From Glaucostegus cemiculus (Eukaryota), in assembly GCA_976551045.1 (NCBI GenBank), contig CDPCPM010000114.1, positions 4,836,001 through 4,900,000 of the forward strand: a stretch of 64,000 nucleotides of DNA. The letters run 5' to 3'. The translations under genes and the position numbers were made by a program. Shown one piece after another: positions 38,711-51,440 of the stretch (positions within the stretch are counted from its first letter, which is position 1; every line of letters begins with the position of its first letter). The notes beneath the pieces were generated by a model that saw nothing but the letters and a program-made list of their open reading frames with translations, made no database searches and was not told where the DNA came from.

Positions 38711-38783
38711 ATGCTGCCAACCAGTCCATGCAAATTAATTATTGTACAGGAAAGTCTTGAGTGCAGTCGTGTCACTCTTTAAA

Positions 38784-41440
38784 TGGGAAATGAGATGAAA
38801 TGGTAGTTTCAGCGATATAGTACATGTGAGCATTTTATGAGCATATAATTGACAGCACACAAAGAGAAGGTGGAAATGTTCTTTACGGCTGATAATATTT
38901 TTGAAGAAGTAGACCAGAATGAAAGTATAAGAAGACCATTCTATTGAGAGAAATTGGGCCCGAGACCTATTACATTCTTACCAGTCTGGTAGTCCTAGAG
39001 AAAGCCAAAGGGTGCTCTATTTGCATAAGTAGAGCAGAAATCAGAGGAAAATTTCAATTCATTTTTGAAATATCAGATGGATCAAGAAGGCTGGCAACTA
39101 TATGGTTGCATTAAAGGATTCACACACTGCAACTTCAGACAGTTCTTAAAACTGTTCACTGCAGGATAAATCTGTGCCTGGTTTAATTGCAAATAGATTC
39201 AGTCAGACTACTAGGCAAACAGATTCTTGTGCCTGAACTGGCTTGCAGGACTGCCCGAGAATTTTTGTTCATCAATAGGTGCAAACGTGATGGTAGTTTA
39301 TAGTCAGAAGGCAGCCGCAAGAGCTCCATTTCTGAAACAAGATTAGTATCACGAGTGCCAATGATGCAAATTCCAAACCCAGAGCAACTAACCAAAGCAG
39401 TGCTACCGATGCGACCTCTATTTAAAGAGGAAAATTGTTCAGCAGGAAAATACAGAGAGGGAATCTGCATAACAATGAAACTGATTTAGAGAGAGCAGCA
39501 TAAGGCTTGTATAACACTCATGCTTGCAATGGAAATGGCAGGCAGCCGCAAGATTTCAAGATAAAAGTCTATATAAATGACCAGATTGTTTAAGTGAACA
39601 GAGTTACAGTGGCAGAAAGTTCCATCATGATTAATCAGGAAATGTAGCCATCTACTTTTGATAGAAAGTACTTTCAGTCTCAGGATGTACTCCAGTGAAG
39701 TACTGAAGGTACGAGGGCAAATACAATGCACTGTAAGTAATGATAACTAATGATTATTATTGCCAGCACTCAAAGCTGACTACACAGAACATAACTCACC
39801 AAGGGTTGCCTGAGAAGAATAACAATAAATTGAAAAGGTCTCTGTGAAATCACATTTTTCATACCTGAACAATACAAATGCTAATATACAAATAAGAAGA
39901 AATCTTTGAGAATGCTAATACTATCATGACGTGCAACGTACATTGAAATAAAAAATGTATTTTGCAAACTTTGACCAGTGTGATATGTGCTGATATATTA
40001 GGTGAAAAAAGGAGCATACAAACGAGAAAAGAATGGAGTTTGAGTGAAAGCAACTCAAAGTGAACGGGCAACTCTAATCACTGCAATATCCAAGACTGAC
40101 ATAATAGTTAGATTATGTGGCAATTGATCATCAATGGGCAATACTTCTTAAAATTGTAAAAAGATCTTTATGCATAGCAGGTAGGAGCCAAGTTCTTTAT
40201 GAATTTAGACTAGGCATGCGAAAGGCTCATTTAACTATGCACAAAGACAGTTAACACGACCTCACCATAAATATAAAATTGCCATAAGGAATTACGTCTT
40301 CACCAAAGATTTTCCAGTCAACAATAGGTACCAAACTGCAAGGCAGAGACCCTTGTCTATTTCATCAGGACAACCTCCATGTTGTCACTAACACTGAGGA
40401 AGACAATTTTTTTTTATATTTCCGAAGTTCTCAAATAATTGCATCTTCATAGCAAGAAAGTGAATGCACATTTGTCTAACTCAAATTGGTCTACCTCATC
40501 TTTAAAATGGATGATTATGGCTTGCAGTTAGTTCATAAAGGATAAAGGTGAACTCCTTGTTAAGCCATTATAAGGGCGATGAGTCCAGATACTGAGGCAG
40601 TGCTCAGATATTTGTATAGATGCATAATTCTATTATTCTCATTCATTGACAAACTTGGGTGTTGGTCCTTCAACTAAAACAAAATTGAAGATTATTAATC
40701 CAGATTAGCACACAAAGATTTCAATATTTGAACATCTTTATCTTGTAAATGAATGATTATTTTCCATCACACCTGTAGAAATCATTTAAGGGCATGCTTC
40801 TGAAACAACTTTACAAACACAAAGGTGGGACCAATTCAGATAAATCTCTAATGTGGAAATGCAATTATTTTACCACAGGAGATACATATTGTCTGCTGAT
40901 CAACAATGTCTCAAGTGGGGAAATGGAATTGTCACACCCAAGTCTTGAAAAGATGAGCTTTAAATTAAGGAATTTCAGGACCTACTGGTATTATAAATAC
41001 AAAGGCCATTGCTGGAAGTTTCATACATTGGTCAAATATAGTCAAGGGAACCAACAGAAATGGCAGGTTCTGTTAACAGTCTGTGCAGAACAAATCGACC
41101 AAAGACCCTGACAGATATGCAAGTCGCTGACTGCCCATCTCAGAGATACCACATTGATTTCTGTCAGAAAGGCAATGACAGCTTTCTCGTCCTCATCAAC
41201 TCTCCTTGGAGTGAAATTTGACTGGTGGGATTATCCACAATAGCAGAATGTACAGTTGATGCTCTAAGACCAATTTTTGCAACCCATTTTAAACCCAGAG
41301 AATGAGTGTCAAATAATGGACCTCAATTCATATCACATTGTTTGAATGCTTCAAGAGGGCAATGGCGTTGAGCATTTATTGATTACTCCATACAGTGAAA
41401 CTGAAAGATTTCCATGTAGTCTTATGGAAGCCTTGAAAAG
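38784..41440 (+). mobile_element. Ancient Ty3/Gypsy LTR retrotransposon internal region (gag-PR-RT-RNaseH-INT), heavily degraded
   Basis: Collinear remnants: VEMFFTADNI and ILLREIGPETYYILTSLV (gag); CYRCD at 39401 (zinc knuckle); LRMYSSEVLKVRG (after protease); SERATLI..VRLCGN and GITSSPKIFQSTI (RT); DESRY..AVL (RNase H); LSADQQCLKWGNGIVTP and GIINTKAIA (HHCC region); TVDALRPIFAT..VSNNGPQF..NGVEHLLITPY (integrase). Confidence 0.8.
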
Positions 41441-41694
41441 GTTACTGAAGTTTAACCCTTTATCATTATTTGGCTATGTCACATCCTACTGCACCTTTCA
41501 CCTCCCTCCCCACTTCTCCTCACCCACCACCACCCCCACTCCACCTCCTCCCCCAGCTGGCAGAGCTGTTGATGTGCCCCAGTCTCCTAATGTGTTTGAG
41601 TTTATTTGAGACCAGTTTAGAGTATAGAATACTGATATCGCAGTTATAAAAAAAGGAAAATCACAAATCAATCTCATTGGAAAGAGTCAAGGAA

Positions 41695-41850
41695 ACCTCA
41701 TAAATCTTCTCTGCACTCTTTCCAGTTTAACCACATCTTTTATGCAAAAGGACAAGCAAAACCGTACACAGCATTCCAAATGCAGCATCACCAGCAACTT
41801 ATGCAATTGCAACATCATGTTCCTACTCCTGTACTCAATGACCTGACTGT
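41695..41850 (-). mobile_element. CR1 fragment
   Basis: aaatcttctctgcactctttccag...cacagcattccaaatg is the reverse of the CR1 HLEYC and LERVQRRF motifs. Confidence 0.6.
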
Positions 41851-43597
41851 ATTGACAACCAATGTTGTCAAACCCTAACCAGTGTTACTCTCAGACATGT
41901 CTGGAGGCTGCTTTGACACTGACAAATTTAGGCTTGGTGAAGGACATCTTTGGGAACCAAAATGGACATGCTTATTCAGTTTGACTCCATGAAAATTACC
42001 CTGAAAGCTTCCTCATCATTACCTCTACCCACATGGCCCTTCCCTCATGCTTTAACGTTGGCTTGGCTCTCTTGATGGACCACAATGTTTTCCCATTTGC
42101 TCTCTCCTTCTCAGTTATCAACAAGATACTTAACATTTTGTGTTGTTAACTGGAGGGAACATTTCAGGCCTCTGGGGAGATACCCCTGGCTTCTCTTTAT
42201 CCAATGCCCACATGATTGAATCTCCACATCAAAATTAGCCCCCAAGGTTTCTTTCTTAGTTCGTAATAAAGGGCAGAATTAGAAGATCTTCAATAAATAT
42301 TGAAAAATAATAGAAAAAGTATTTTTTGTTCTTGCAATTTATTCTTATTAACTCAGAGTGGTGCTTTGTTCTAAAAACTGAATTATATCATAATCTAAAT
42401 TCAGGAATATAAATTGCACAGTGAAGTGAGAATTTAATGTTAAATAAATTGGTTATCACAGAATTTCAATTAAGGAACTTCAAATTGAGAATAAACTGTA
42501 GTTCCCACTCATGCAACAAAATTGATAGGTACCGACAAGTTGGAGAAAGAGAACAACTGTAAGCAATTGAGATCACACGACATTTCTAGGCATTAACACT
42601 TCTCAAGCAGCTTATTTGATTAGTTTGGAACATGTTTGGGACACTCAGATTGAAAGAGCATACGAGAAAATATCTATCCTGTGTAACAATTAACCCAGGA
42701 TCAACTCTATCAGCAGGACCACCAGATGGGTGATCATTGTTGGTGAGGCTTTACTGAATCTATTCAGGTTTGAGCTCTTCATGATGATATATAGAGAAAA
42801 ATGAGTCCACAGCTAATTATGAATCAATTATCCAAGTAGATTCCAGTCTTTGCATGACGTTAACCAGCAACCAATTTTACACTTGTCCATTGGATGGCCA
42901 ATTGAGTATCTTTTTAAGAAAGGCTGTCATTTCTTCTGGGCTTTTACTTTTAGAATGTATGGGTTTTTTTTTTGCAGGAAAGTTTCTTAGGCCACAGTGT
43001 CATGAATACATGAGGATCTTACTGGCAACTATATATACTATTTAGTTGCCAAAAAAGCAGAGAAACAGCTTCTGCTTGCTTTTTGACATTAAAAGAAATA
43101 TTCAATGAAAACAGAATAATACAATGAACAACACAAAATGAAATGCAAAAACCATCATAGCTGACAAGTTCAAACATTTCACCTCCTTTGATGCTAAGAT
43201 TTACTACAAGAACTAACTGTTAAATGTAGGATTCAATGTAGAAAGATTAGATTTGACCTTCAGCAGCACACCTGGCAGAATAATATACATCAAATAAACT
43301 CAATAAAAAAATTGGATAAAATCTGCTCCAGGAAGGAACTATTGTTTTTCAGAAAAAACAGATTGTGTAAACTGCACAAGACTTTATCCGACACTGAAGG
43401 ACATTGTATGCACGTATATTATAACCAAGAATGCACAGACCCTGATGTACTATGTACCCACTCAAGAGATTACTCAGGTCATTTGCACTTTTCCAATGTC
43501 TCATTGCAATTTCTCACATTCATTCCACTGATTTCTGTTAGTAATTTTAAGACCAATACATATGTTTTAAAAACTCACTCAATTTCAACTGACATGA

Positions 43598-44135
43598 GGA
43601 CATAGATTTAGGATAAGCAGGAGAGATTCAGAGGGTATTTAATTTTTTTTTAAATTTTTTATTTACAGCGTGGTAACAGGCCCTTTTGGCCCTCCGAGTC
43701 CATGCTGCCCATTTTAAATCCCCAAATTAACCTACCTGTACGTCTTTCAGAATGTGGGAGGAAACCGGAGCACCCGGAGGAAACCCATGCAGACACGGGA
43801 GAACGTACAAACTCCTTACAGTCAGCGACGAGAATCGAACCCCGATCGCTGGCGCTGTAACAGCGTCGCGCTAACCACTACACTATCGTGCCGAGGTTGA
43901 TTGAGGTAGACTTTTCATCCAGAGACTGGTCGGTACCTCAAATGCACTGCCAGAGACAGTGGTGGAAACACAGTTGCTGACAGCATTTAAGCAGTGTCTC
44001 GACAAGCACTTGAATCGCCTAGGCTTTGAAGGCTATGGGCTAGGTGTTGGAAGATGGCTTTAGTATGGATGGGTGCCCACTGGTCAGCATGGATGTGCTG
44101 GGCTGAATGATCTGTTTCCATGCTATGTAACTCCA
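43598..44135 (+). mobile_element. CR1 3' end interrupted by a V-SINE
   Basis: GHRFRISR.RFRG reading before the SINE, F.QRLVG and ETVVET after it, then tail gggctgaatgatctgtttccatgctatgtaactc. Confidence 0.75.
43638..43893 (-). mobile_element. Young V-SINE (CR1-type tail)
   Basis: Reverse complement is near-identical to 29581-29847 and 61275-61532. Confidence 0.9.
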
Positions 44136-45149
44136 CGTTTATTTCCTTAAAATTGAAATTCACTTACGTTGATTGCACTTCGCAGATGCATTGTCTCAAA
44201 TACTCAATTATCATTGCAGATTTTAATTGATAAACATGGAAACAAAGACTATTATTGTTCTGAAATCTAAAAAAAATGTCACCAGTGATTGCAGTGAAAC
44301 TGAAAAATCTGGCCTTGTTTATCTTAAAAAGCATCTTATTTTTAAATATATTACAGATTTTCACATCAAACAGACAGCAACAAATGTCTCCTTTATTCAT
44401 TTCTGGACTAAAGGGAAGATGAATTGCACCAGCATAGATGTCCCTACTTTATAAATATTTGTAGGCATCTATTATGTTTGTAATCAAAGATCAATGAAAT
44501 TTGTGGTCATTTTTGAGCAACACCATTCCAAATACTTAAACATGTATTTCCCTCCCATACCTATGACTTGTTATATTTTGAGAAGTCGTCCAATACATTG
44601 ATTTCCATTTCACATATGCCAAAATACAGACTTCATTTTGTTCGAACTATTAATTTAAGTGATGTGTTAACAAGTTTTTGTCTTGACAGCAAACAGAGTC
44701 CATACTGATTGGAAAGTGTCACTGAGCAGCTAAAACACAGTTTGAAGTAATAGGTAGCATAGAGCTAAGGATAAACTGAACAGCATTACTTGCAAATACT
44801 GAAGGCACCATTATCATGATAACTGCAATGTTAACATGGATATTAAACATCAACCCAAGAAGAAATGATCAAATGCTTTAAAAATACTGTAAGAATCCCA
44901 AGGTACTTATGAAATTCTTCCTGGTTGTGCATTATTGCACAGTTACAGTCAAAACTTCATTGCCAAGCAGGTTAGATTCCATAAGGGGCCACATTATGGA
45001 TTTTTAGAAATGCACCCCTGCTTTTCCAACTGTGATATCTGTAACATATTCAAACTGGAGATAACTGAAGCCCTAATGTTGCACAATTATGAATTTGCCC
45101 ACTGCTCACATTGTGACTGCTTTGGATAAATTCATGAATCTTTAAGTTG

Positions 45150-45350
45150 CTGTGTACCAAGTTCCAAATGTTGAGTATAAATTTCAGGACAGTGATGGGG
45201 TAATTGGCCTTGCTGCCTTTGGATAAGGAAGTGAAAAATCAGCCAGGCCTTTTACTTTGGATGATTATCTACCACTGTCTGTTTAAAGTACCTCAGGGGA
45301 AGATAGAATCAAGGACTGCTATGAAGTCCCTTGGTAGTAAGCAAACAGTT
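45150..45350 (+). mobile_element. AmnSINE2-like SINE fragment
   Basis: aattggccttgctgcctttggataaggaagtgaaaaatcagccagg matches the recalled AmnSINE2 core. Confidence 0.55.
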
Positions 45351-45569
45351 ATCATATTTAAAAGTTTGGAAATCTGCAAGAATAACATGCATATTATTCT
45401 GCAATAAGTATTGTAGATTAAATATAGATTGCTCATGTGTGGTAGAATAATTTGTCTTAAGTGCTGACTATCCATGAAAACACTTCAAAGATACTTTAAA
45501 GAATTGTGCCATCCTTGCCCAAATTGTGCCCCACTTTCTTGGGACCCGTGCTTGAATCCCTCTAATCAG

Positions 45570-46050
45570 ATTTCTTCTGTGCCACAGTGCCAAAGCACCT
45601 CTCATTGAAATTACCAATGCCACCTGATGAGATTGTGACAGTGATAATCTACACTTTCCTTATCCTCTTGACCGATTCACGTGCTTAAGCACTCATCCTT
45701 CTCCAAAGTTTCCCCATTGCGACCTTAAGTTTGCCTAACCAGCCATAATCAAAGAATCACCAGCAATAGCTTTACCTCCTGATCCTACACTGTCACGGTG
45801 TCCTCCAAGATGTTCTTGGACCCCCTCCTGCTTCTCATCTACAGGCAACTCCTCAGGGACACCATCCAAACACACCTCATTATTTTTCACATGTGAACAA
45901 TGCACACCTCTACCTCACCATCACTTCTCTCAATTTTTCCACTATGTTAATGTCACTCTGCCTGTCCGATCCACTATATTGGATGAGCAAAGACTTCTTC
46001 CAACTAAATAAGAGGAGAATTAAGAGCCATTAATTTTTGCCCCTGTCATA
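45570..46050 (+). mobile_element. L2 LINE RT fragment
   Basis: CHSAKAPLIEITNA..DCDSDNL..ILL resembles L2 HSTETALIKVTND..LILLDL. A later segment resembles GVPQG.VLGPLL.LIY. Confidence 0.6.
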
Positions 46051-46189
46051 AATGACTGTTATTTATATGATAAAGCCCAAACACATACTTCTGGTCTTTA
46101 AAGGGTACACTATTGCAAGGAAGCAATGAGCAGCATATCTGAAGAATTGATTTTCTGTCAGGGCCCTCACAATTAACTGAACTCTAAAC

Positions 46190-46555
46190 TAGATCAGTTA
46201 TATCAATATTGTGGCTACTAGACCAGAGACAAAGCTGGGTTCATTGGGATTCATGTCCAGCACGTTAACCCTTTAAAGACGTGTATCAAGTGTGCAATGG
46301 AAAACTCTCTGTCTATTTGAAAAGGGTAAACCATAAAAATAATCAGGAAGACTTGCATCCTCCAAGATGACATGAGCACACTTAATCAGCACACCAGCCA
46401 CTGAACATAGTAATTTTTTCTTTGCCACTTCTCCTCTATGATTTCAATTCATACAGTCTAAAGGCCACCCTGCAACAAATCACTATGTTTACTTCTCAGC
46501 ACCCATCTCTTCATAATTTCCAAGAGAACAGCAACATCACAGGAACATCATCATA
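46190..46555 (+). mobile_element. LINE C-terminal fragment (13.2-15.4 kb family)
   Basis: SAMENSLSI (~SVMEYSPLA) and LQDDM..LIST (~IQDKAARLIGT) remnants. Confidence 0.4.
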
Positions 46556-48542
46556 TCAAGCTTTCCTCCAGATGGTACAGATGTTGCCTTTGCCATAAGT
46601 CAGTATTCCTCCTTGAAAATGAAAATTTCTTATCACTGCAAAGAAGATTAAATGTTGGCATTGCTTGTTTCTGTGAATAATTCCTAGCATAGTTATAATT
46701 AAAAGCATTAAAGAATAGCATTTAATTTGATGCACAACAGTCCTGTACAGCAATGGAAGCAGCAAATGGATCTGTACACTTTTACCACTGGGTAATCTTC
46801 CCTGAAGACTTGGAAATATAGATGGTGAATCAGAAGAATAGGGGAACAAAATTAGGAAAGATCATGAAAAATGAGGGAAGGAGAAAATAGAACTGATTAC
46901 TTTTCTTCACGGGTGAGAGATCTGAGCACAAGAAAAGATAAAACATTCTGAGAGGAGCTTTTTTTTAATCTGAGAATGACTTATGGTCAATGGAGAGACA
47001 AGAAAACTGAGAAGAAGCAGAGTTGGCAAAATGAAGGAAAAATTGCACCTCATTTTCTTTTTGTATTAGCCAATGATCTTTATTCATGAGAAAAGTTAAT
47101 GTTCATTACAGAATGACATACTTTACACCTATTTGCAATTCTACAGATCTAATCGATAATTCAACTATCCATCAGATAAATAATTAATCAATGCACCCTT
47201 TAAAAAAAATATTGCTTGGTGAAAATGGTGCATACTGTTCAGGTCAATGGTCCACAGGAAAAATGAATTAACTCACTGATTGATGATGAATTAAAGCTTT
47301 TTTTTTGCTTTTGCTGAAGTTCATCATAATTCATTGGTGGCTGTTGAGTTTGCAAAGTAATTGCTATAACTCACTGATTTTAAAAAAATTAATAATTACC
47401 AAGGTAATTATGAACTTTTGGATGAAAGTGCAAGGTCCTACTATATTTGAAAAGAATTTAGGCATCAGCATATCAAGGCTTTTTCTTTTAAAAGGACATG
47501 ACCCCAGTGAATCTTCTCCAATAATTCTCAGACCTATGCGCAAAGCAGTTTTGTGCCCATGATATTTTGCACTCTTCTTGGTAGCCAGTGAGCTAATTAA
47601 CAACAGGTCAACAAGTGAAGATAAAAATAGTATAAAGGCCGGCTAAGTCCGAAGTAGCAAAATCAATAACAAAGTGGAAACAGCAGCAGGTGGAAGAACA
47701 AAATAGCCATGGTTGGGTTGCAAAGAAACTAATAAAATATACAATAGCTAAGACTTAAAAGAAGAAACTAAATAAAGAAATAGAAGCATGAAACTCAAGA
47801 GAAAGTAAAAGAACAAGAGCAATTGTGTTGCAATCTTGTAGAAATCAATGATAGTGGTAGAAAATTAGAAAAAGAAAATAAATTAAAAAGCCTCTGCAAA
47901 AGCATTAAAAGAAATAAGTTACAGGGAGCAACAGAGCTTTGGAGAGCTAAAATAAATAAACAAATAGTAGCAGGGAAGGCACAGCAGAATTTAAAAAGGT
48001 AAAAGCAGTGGATCCAAAAATCTCCTTCAGGAGGCTGCACAAGCACAGAGTGTTAAATGAATAGGTCACCTCAGGGCACAAAGTGGCAATGAGACTACTA
48101 AGGAGGTGACACAGAAAGCATAGCCATAAAATCCAAACTCAACTTAGTGATCCAAGCTCCAAAACTACTTTCAATTTCAAGATTTATTCTCAGATGGGAG
48201 ACAGCAAAGGAGACAAAAGTTGGTTTCGGTTTCACAAGCTGGGATGGGTGAGCTGAGTTTTGTAGAGGTATTTTGGTTAAGTTTTTCAGAGTTCTTAAAG
48301 TATCTATAAATTTCTAAATTTTATTTTCATTACTGGATGGGGAACTAACATGGCTGTTGAGAAGACTTATGAACAGAATTCAAAATATGATTGGATATTT
48401 TTTTGAAAATGGATTTTTTTCCCCCACATGGAAAGTGGTAGAATTGTTCAACACTTTTTGATTGTTTGGATTTCAGCTCTCTTTGACCAGTACACTGAGT
48501 GGACATCAAACATTTGACTAAATATAAGATTTGCTTGTTCAG

Positions 48543-48981
48543 AAGCAATAAAACAAACTGTTGGAGGAACTCAGTTGGTCAGACAGCTTCCGTGGAGACA
48601 AAGAGATTATCAATGTTTCAGATTCAGGCACAGATCCAGGACTAAGAGGGTAAAGGGGAAATAGCGGTGAGGGGGAGGAGTAAAGCAGGAACTGACAAGA
48701 GGCAGGTAAGGAGGTGTTGATGGGCAGATGGATCCAAGAAGGGGAAGGAAGGGTGGAGATAGCAACAGAGGCTGGGAGGTGATAAGTGCAGAAAGCAAAG
48801 GGCTGCACCTCTCCCCCCCTATCTCGTCTCCTTTTTACACTCTCAGTCCTAATGCAGGGTCTTGACCTAAAACATTGACTATCCCCTTGCCTCCACAGCT
48901 CCAAGATGCTGCCTGACCTGCTAAGTTCCTCTGGCAGTTTGTTTTGTGCTCCATATTCCAGCATCTGCAGCCTCTTGTCTC
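48543..48981. mobile_element. Inverted pair of PLE terminal repeats
   Basis: Left aaacaaactgttggaggaactcagttggtcag pairs with right ctgacctgctaagttcctctggcagtttgttt. The right arm contains a hammerhead-like remnant at 48844-48880. Confidence 0.75.
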
Positions 48982-49236
48982 TCAATTTGCTCAAGGATTG
49001 GTTGGATTGAGATACAGAATGACAATTCCACATGTTAGCTTTTTCAATAGATTTCAGCTTAAATACTTGCACCATTAATGATAAAACTATGAAAGGTTAA
49101 AATCTCACTAAATCTGGACAGGCACAGATAATAGATAACTAAAAAATAAAGTATTTTTCAAATTTTTTTGTTATCAATATATAATTGATGTTGCTATAAA
49201 AACTCTTGATCATGAGGATAGTTCTCATTCATATTA

Positions 49237-49332
49237 GACATAGGACAGTATAGCATAGGAATAGGCCCTTCAGCTCATGATGTCTGTGCCGAAAACAATG
49301 CCAAATTAAACTAAGTCTCTTCTGCCTGCATA
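49237..49332 (-). mobile_element. CR1 3' tail
   Basis: acagtatagcataggaataggcccttcagctcatgatgtctgtgccga. Confidence 0.55.
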
Positions 49333-50060
49333 TTTAAGAAAAAAATGTTTTAAGTTTTCCCATGTTCTAATGAGTGGACACAATGAACATCATGTATTTC
49401 CTATCTATCCCACACTCTTGGAAATCCCAACTTTCCTTTCACCAGAATTCACACAAAGTCCAATCCTATTATTTCTGAGAACTGTCTCAGTTCTCCACAG
49501 CAGGCAATTTTTTCACAACTTCCACCCTGCTTTCACAATTTGTTATTCATTTCTAGCTTTTAATTCAGATTGCCAGCATTTACAATATTTCTTTTCGTTG
49601 CTTGGCTATTTAACTGAATGTATCATGTTGTTGATCTCCTATTATGTCATATTGTTTAATTTTCTAGCAGTAACATTGCTGATGCCAATATCTGTATTGA
49701 AGAGGATAGAAAAGCATTGCTATCAGCATGTTATAACTCCAAACTGAAAAGTAAAGGGCGTGGGGTTGCGAATTGTAATGATTCAGTCACGGAAAGGAGA
49801 GCTCAACTCCTTCAATGCAGAAATATTGCAGCATGTACTGTGTGTCTTGTGATGGGCAGATGCTAATCCATCTTAATGATCCTAACTTTACTTCTTCCAA
49901 AGCAGCTGCTGTCACTGCTGATCATGTTTGTTGACTAGTTACTTGGTTTTAACATTCTTGCTGTGATTCTACAATCATTATACAATCATTTGTCAAATAA
50001 TCCTGCAACTGGAACTGAACTGTCTGAAAGCCCAGAGAGAACACTGCGCACTTCTCTCAT

Positions 50061-50151
50061 CTGCAGACAGCTGTCTGTATAACTAATGTATATGTATTTA
50101 CCATGCAAGATGTTGCCTGTGTACATTAGTTATCTAGACAGCTGTCCGTAG
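50061..50151. repeat. 30-bp imperfect inverted repeat (hairpin) with twin GACAGCTGTC palindromes
   Basis: Arms 50061-50090 and 50122-50151 are 26/30 complementary, with a 31-nt spacer. Confidence 0.9.
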
Positions 50152-50549
50152 AAAAACGTTTCTGGAAATTCAGACAAACTAGTTGAAGTTGTGGAATTAC
50201 TGGGTTAAATATTGTACAGAAATGAATATTAAACATAATGCAATCTGACTAAGATCCTAATATGACTATATAGTTAGAAAATGATGGAAATACACAACAG
50301 GAATGCTAACATCTGAAGGTAAGCTAAGCTTTTTATATTCAACACTTCAGGAGAACTGGGGTGACCTGTCTATGATGGAGCTTGTTTGAGGTGAAAGGAC
50401 AAGGACAGGTAAAGACAGACTTAAAAAAAAGAAAACAGGGAAGAAGAGGTTGAGGCCTGGGATTCAATGACCATTTTGACAAAAACACAGCAAGGGAAAA
50501 CAATGTAACCAATCTAGATGTGAGTTTGATGGCAGTACAGTGACATGCT

Positions 50550-50700
50550 GCAACAATGATTTGAATTTATATCATGCCTTAAAAATAAGGAGGAAGTGTC
50601 AACCCAGGCAAAAATAGAATGCAGACTCAATATGGTGATATGTGATGAAGTAAAGAATAGCTTGGTCAAACAGGTGGGCTTTTAGGAATACTTAGAAATG
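50550..50700 (-). mobile_element. L2 3' end fragment
   Basis: atttgaatttatatcatgcctt...agcttggtcaaacaggtgggctttagg; the same family occurs at 52505-52650. Confidence 0.45.
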
Positions 50701-51099
50701 TGAGACATGGAAGAAAGGAAAGAGGTGAACATTAGAGGTCAAAGTTGCAAAGTAGATTTCTGTGATAAATATTGTTAGTTTGATTCCAACTCAACTTTTT
50801 TTTGAAATGCTGAAAAAACATAATTGGATAACAAATTCCCAAGGACTTGGGAAAAATTCACCAAAACAATGCTGTTCACAGGATCTGTATTCAGGCCAGG
50901 GAGAAGGAATCTGTTATTCACACAGTATGCATTGCTTTTAAAGACTAATTTTCAGTTTCAGTGCTGTCAGCTAACTCATCAAGAATGTGCATCAGTCAAC
51001 AGAAGGTATGGTCTCAATCTCAAAAACCTCTTAATCCAGGCATTACCCAGTTGAGATGTCAATAACCACTGGCACAAAGGTAAATCAATTGATAGATGG

Positions 51100-51440
51100 A
51101 TTAGAGTGGAGTTGAAAAAAGAAACATATTACTCAATGAACAATAGGGATCTGAAACTCACAGCATGTATGGGTGGTGGAAGTAGGAAAACTCAGCACAT
51201 TTAAAATGTACGAGCAAGTACCAGAAAATAGGATTAGGTTAGCATCTACTTTGAGCTTGAAAGTTTGTGTCAAAAAGTCCTATGATTCTATGAATCCATT
51301 GGAAATTTAATATAAGCTTGTGTCCAGATGTTCTGACAAAGGGTTGTAGACCCAAATCATTGACTGCTTCTCTTTCCACAGATGTTGAGCTCTCCCAACA
51401 TTTTTTATTTCTGTTGTGGATTCCCAGCATCTGCAGTTTG
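51100..51440 (+). mobile_element. CR1 tail (to about 51295) followed by a PLE terminal fragment (about 51330-51440)
   Basis: tcctatgattctatga CR1 terminus, then ttctgacaaagggttgtagacccaaatcattgact...tccacagatg...ccagcatctgcagt. Confidence 0.55.

Noticed and set aside
40974-40995. FRTYWYY resembling the LSAMP exon-1a peptide start (MRTYW)
   Set aside because: It is on the wrong strand, has no ATG or donor, and is an off-frame reading within the Gypsy integrase remnant.
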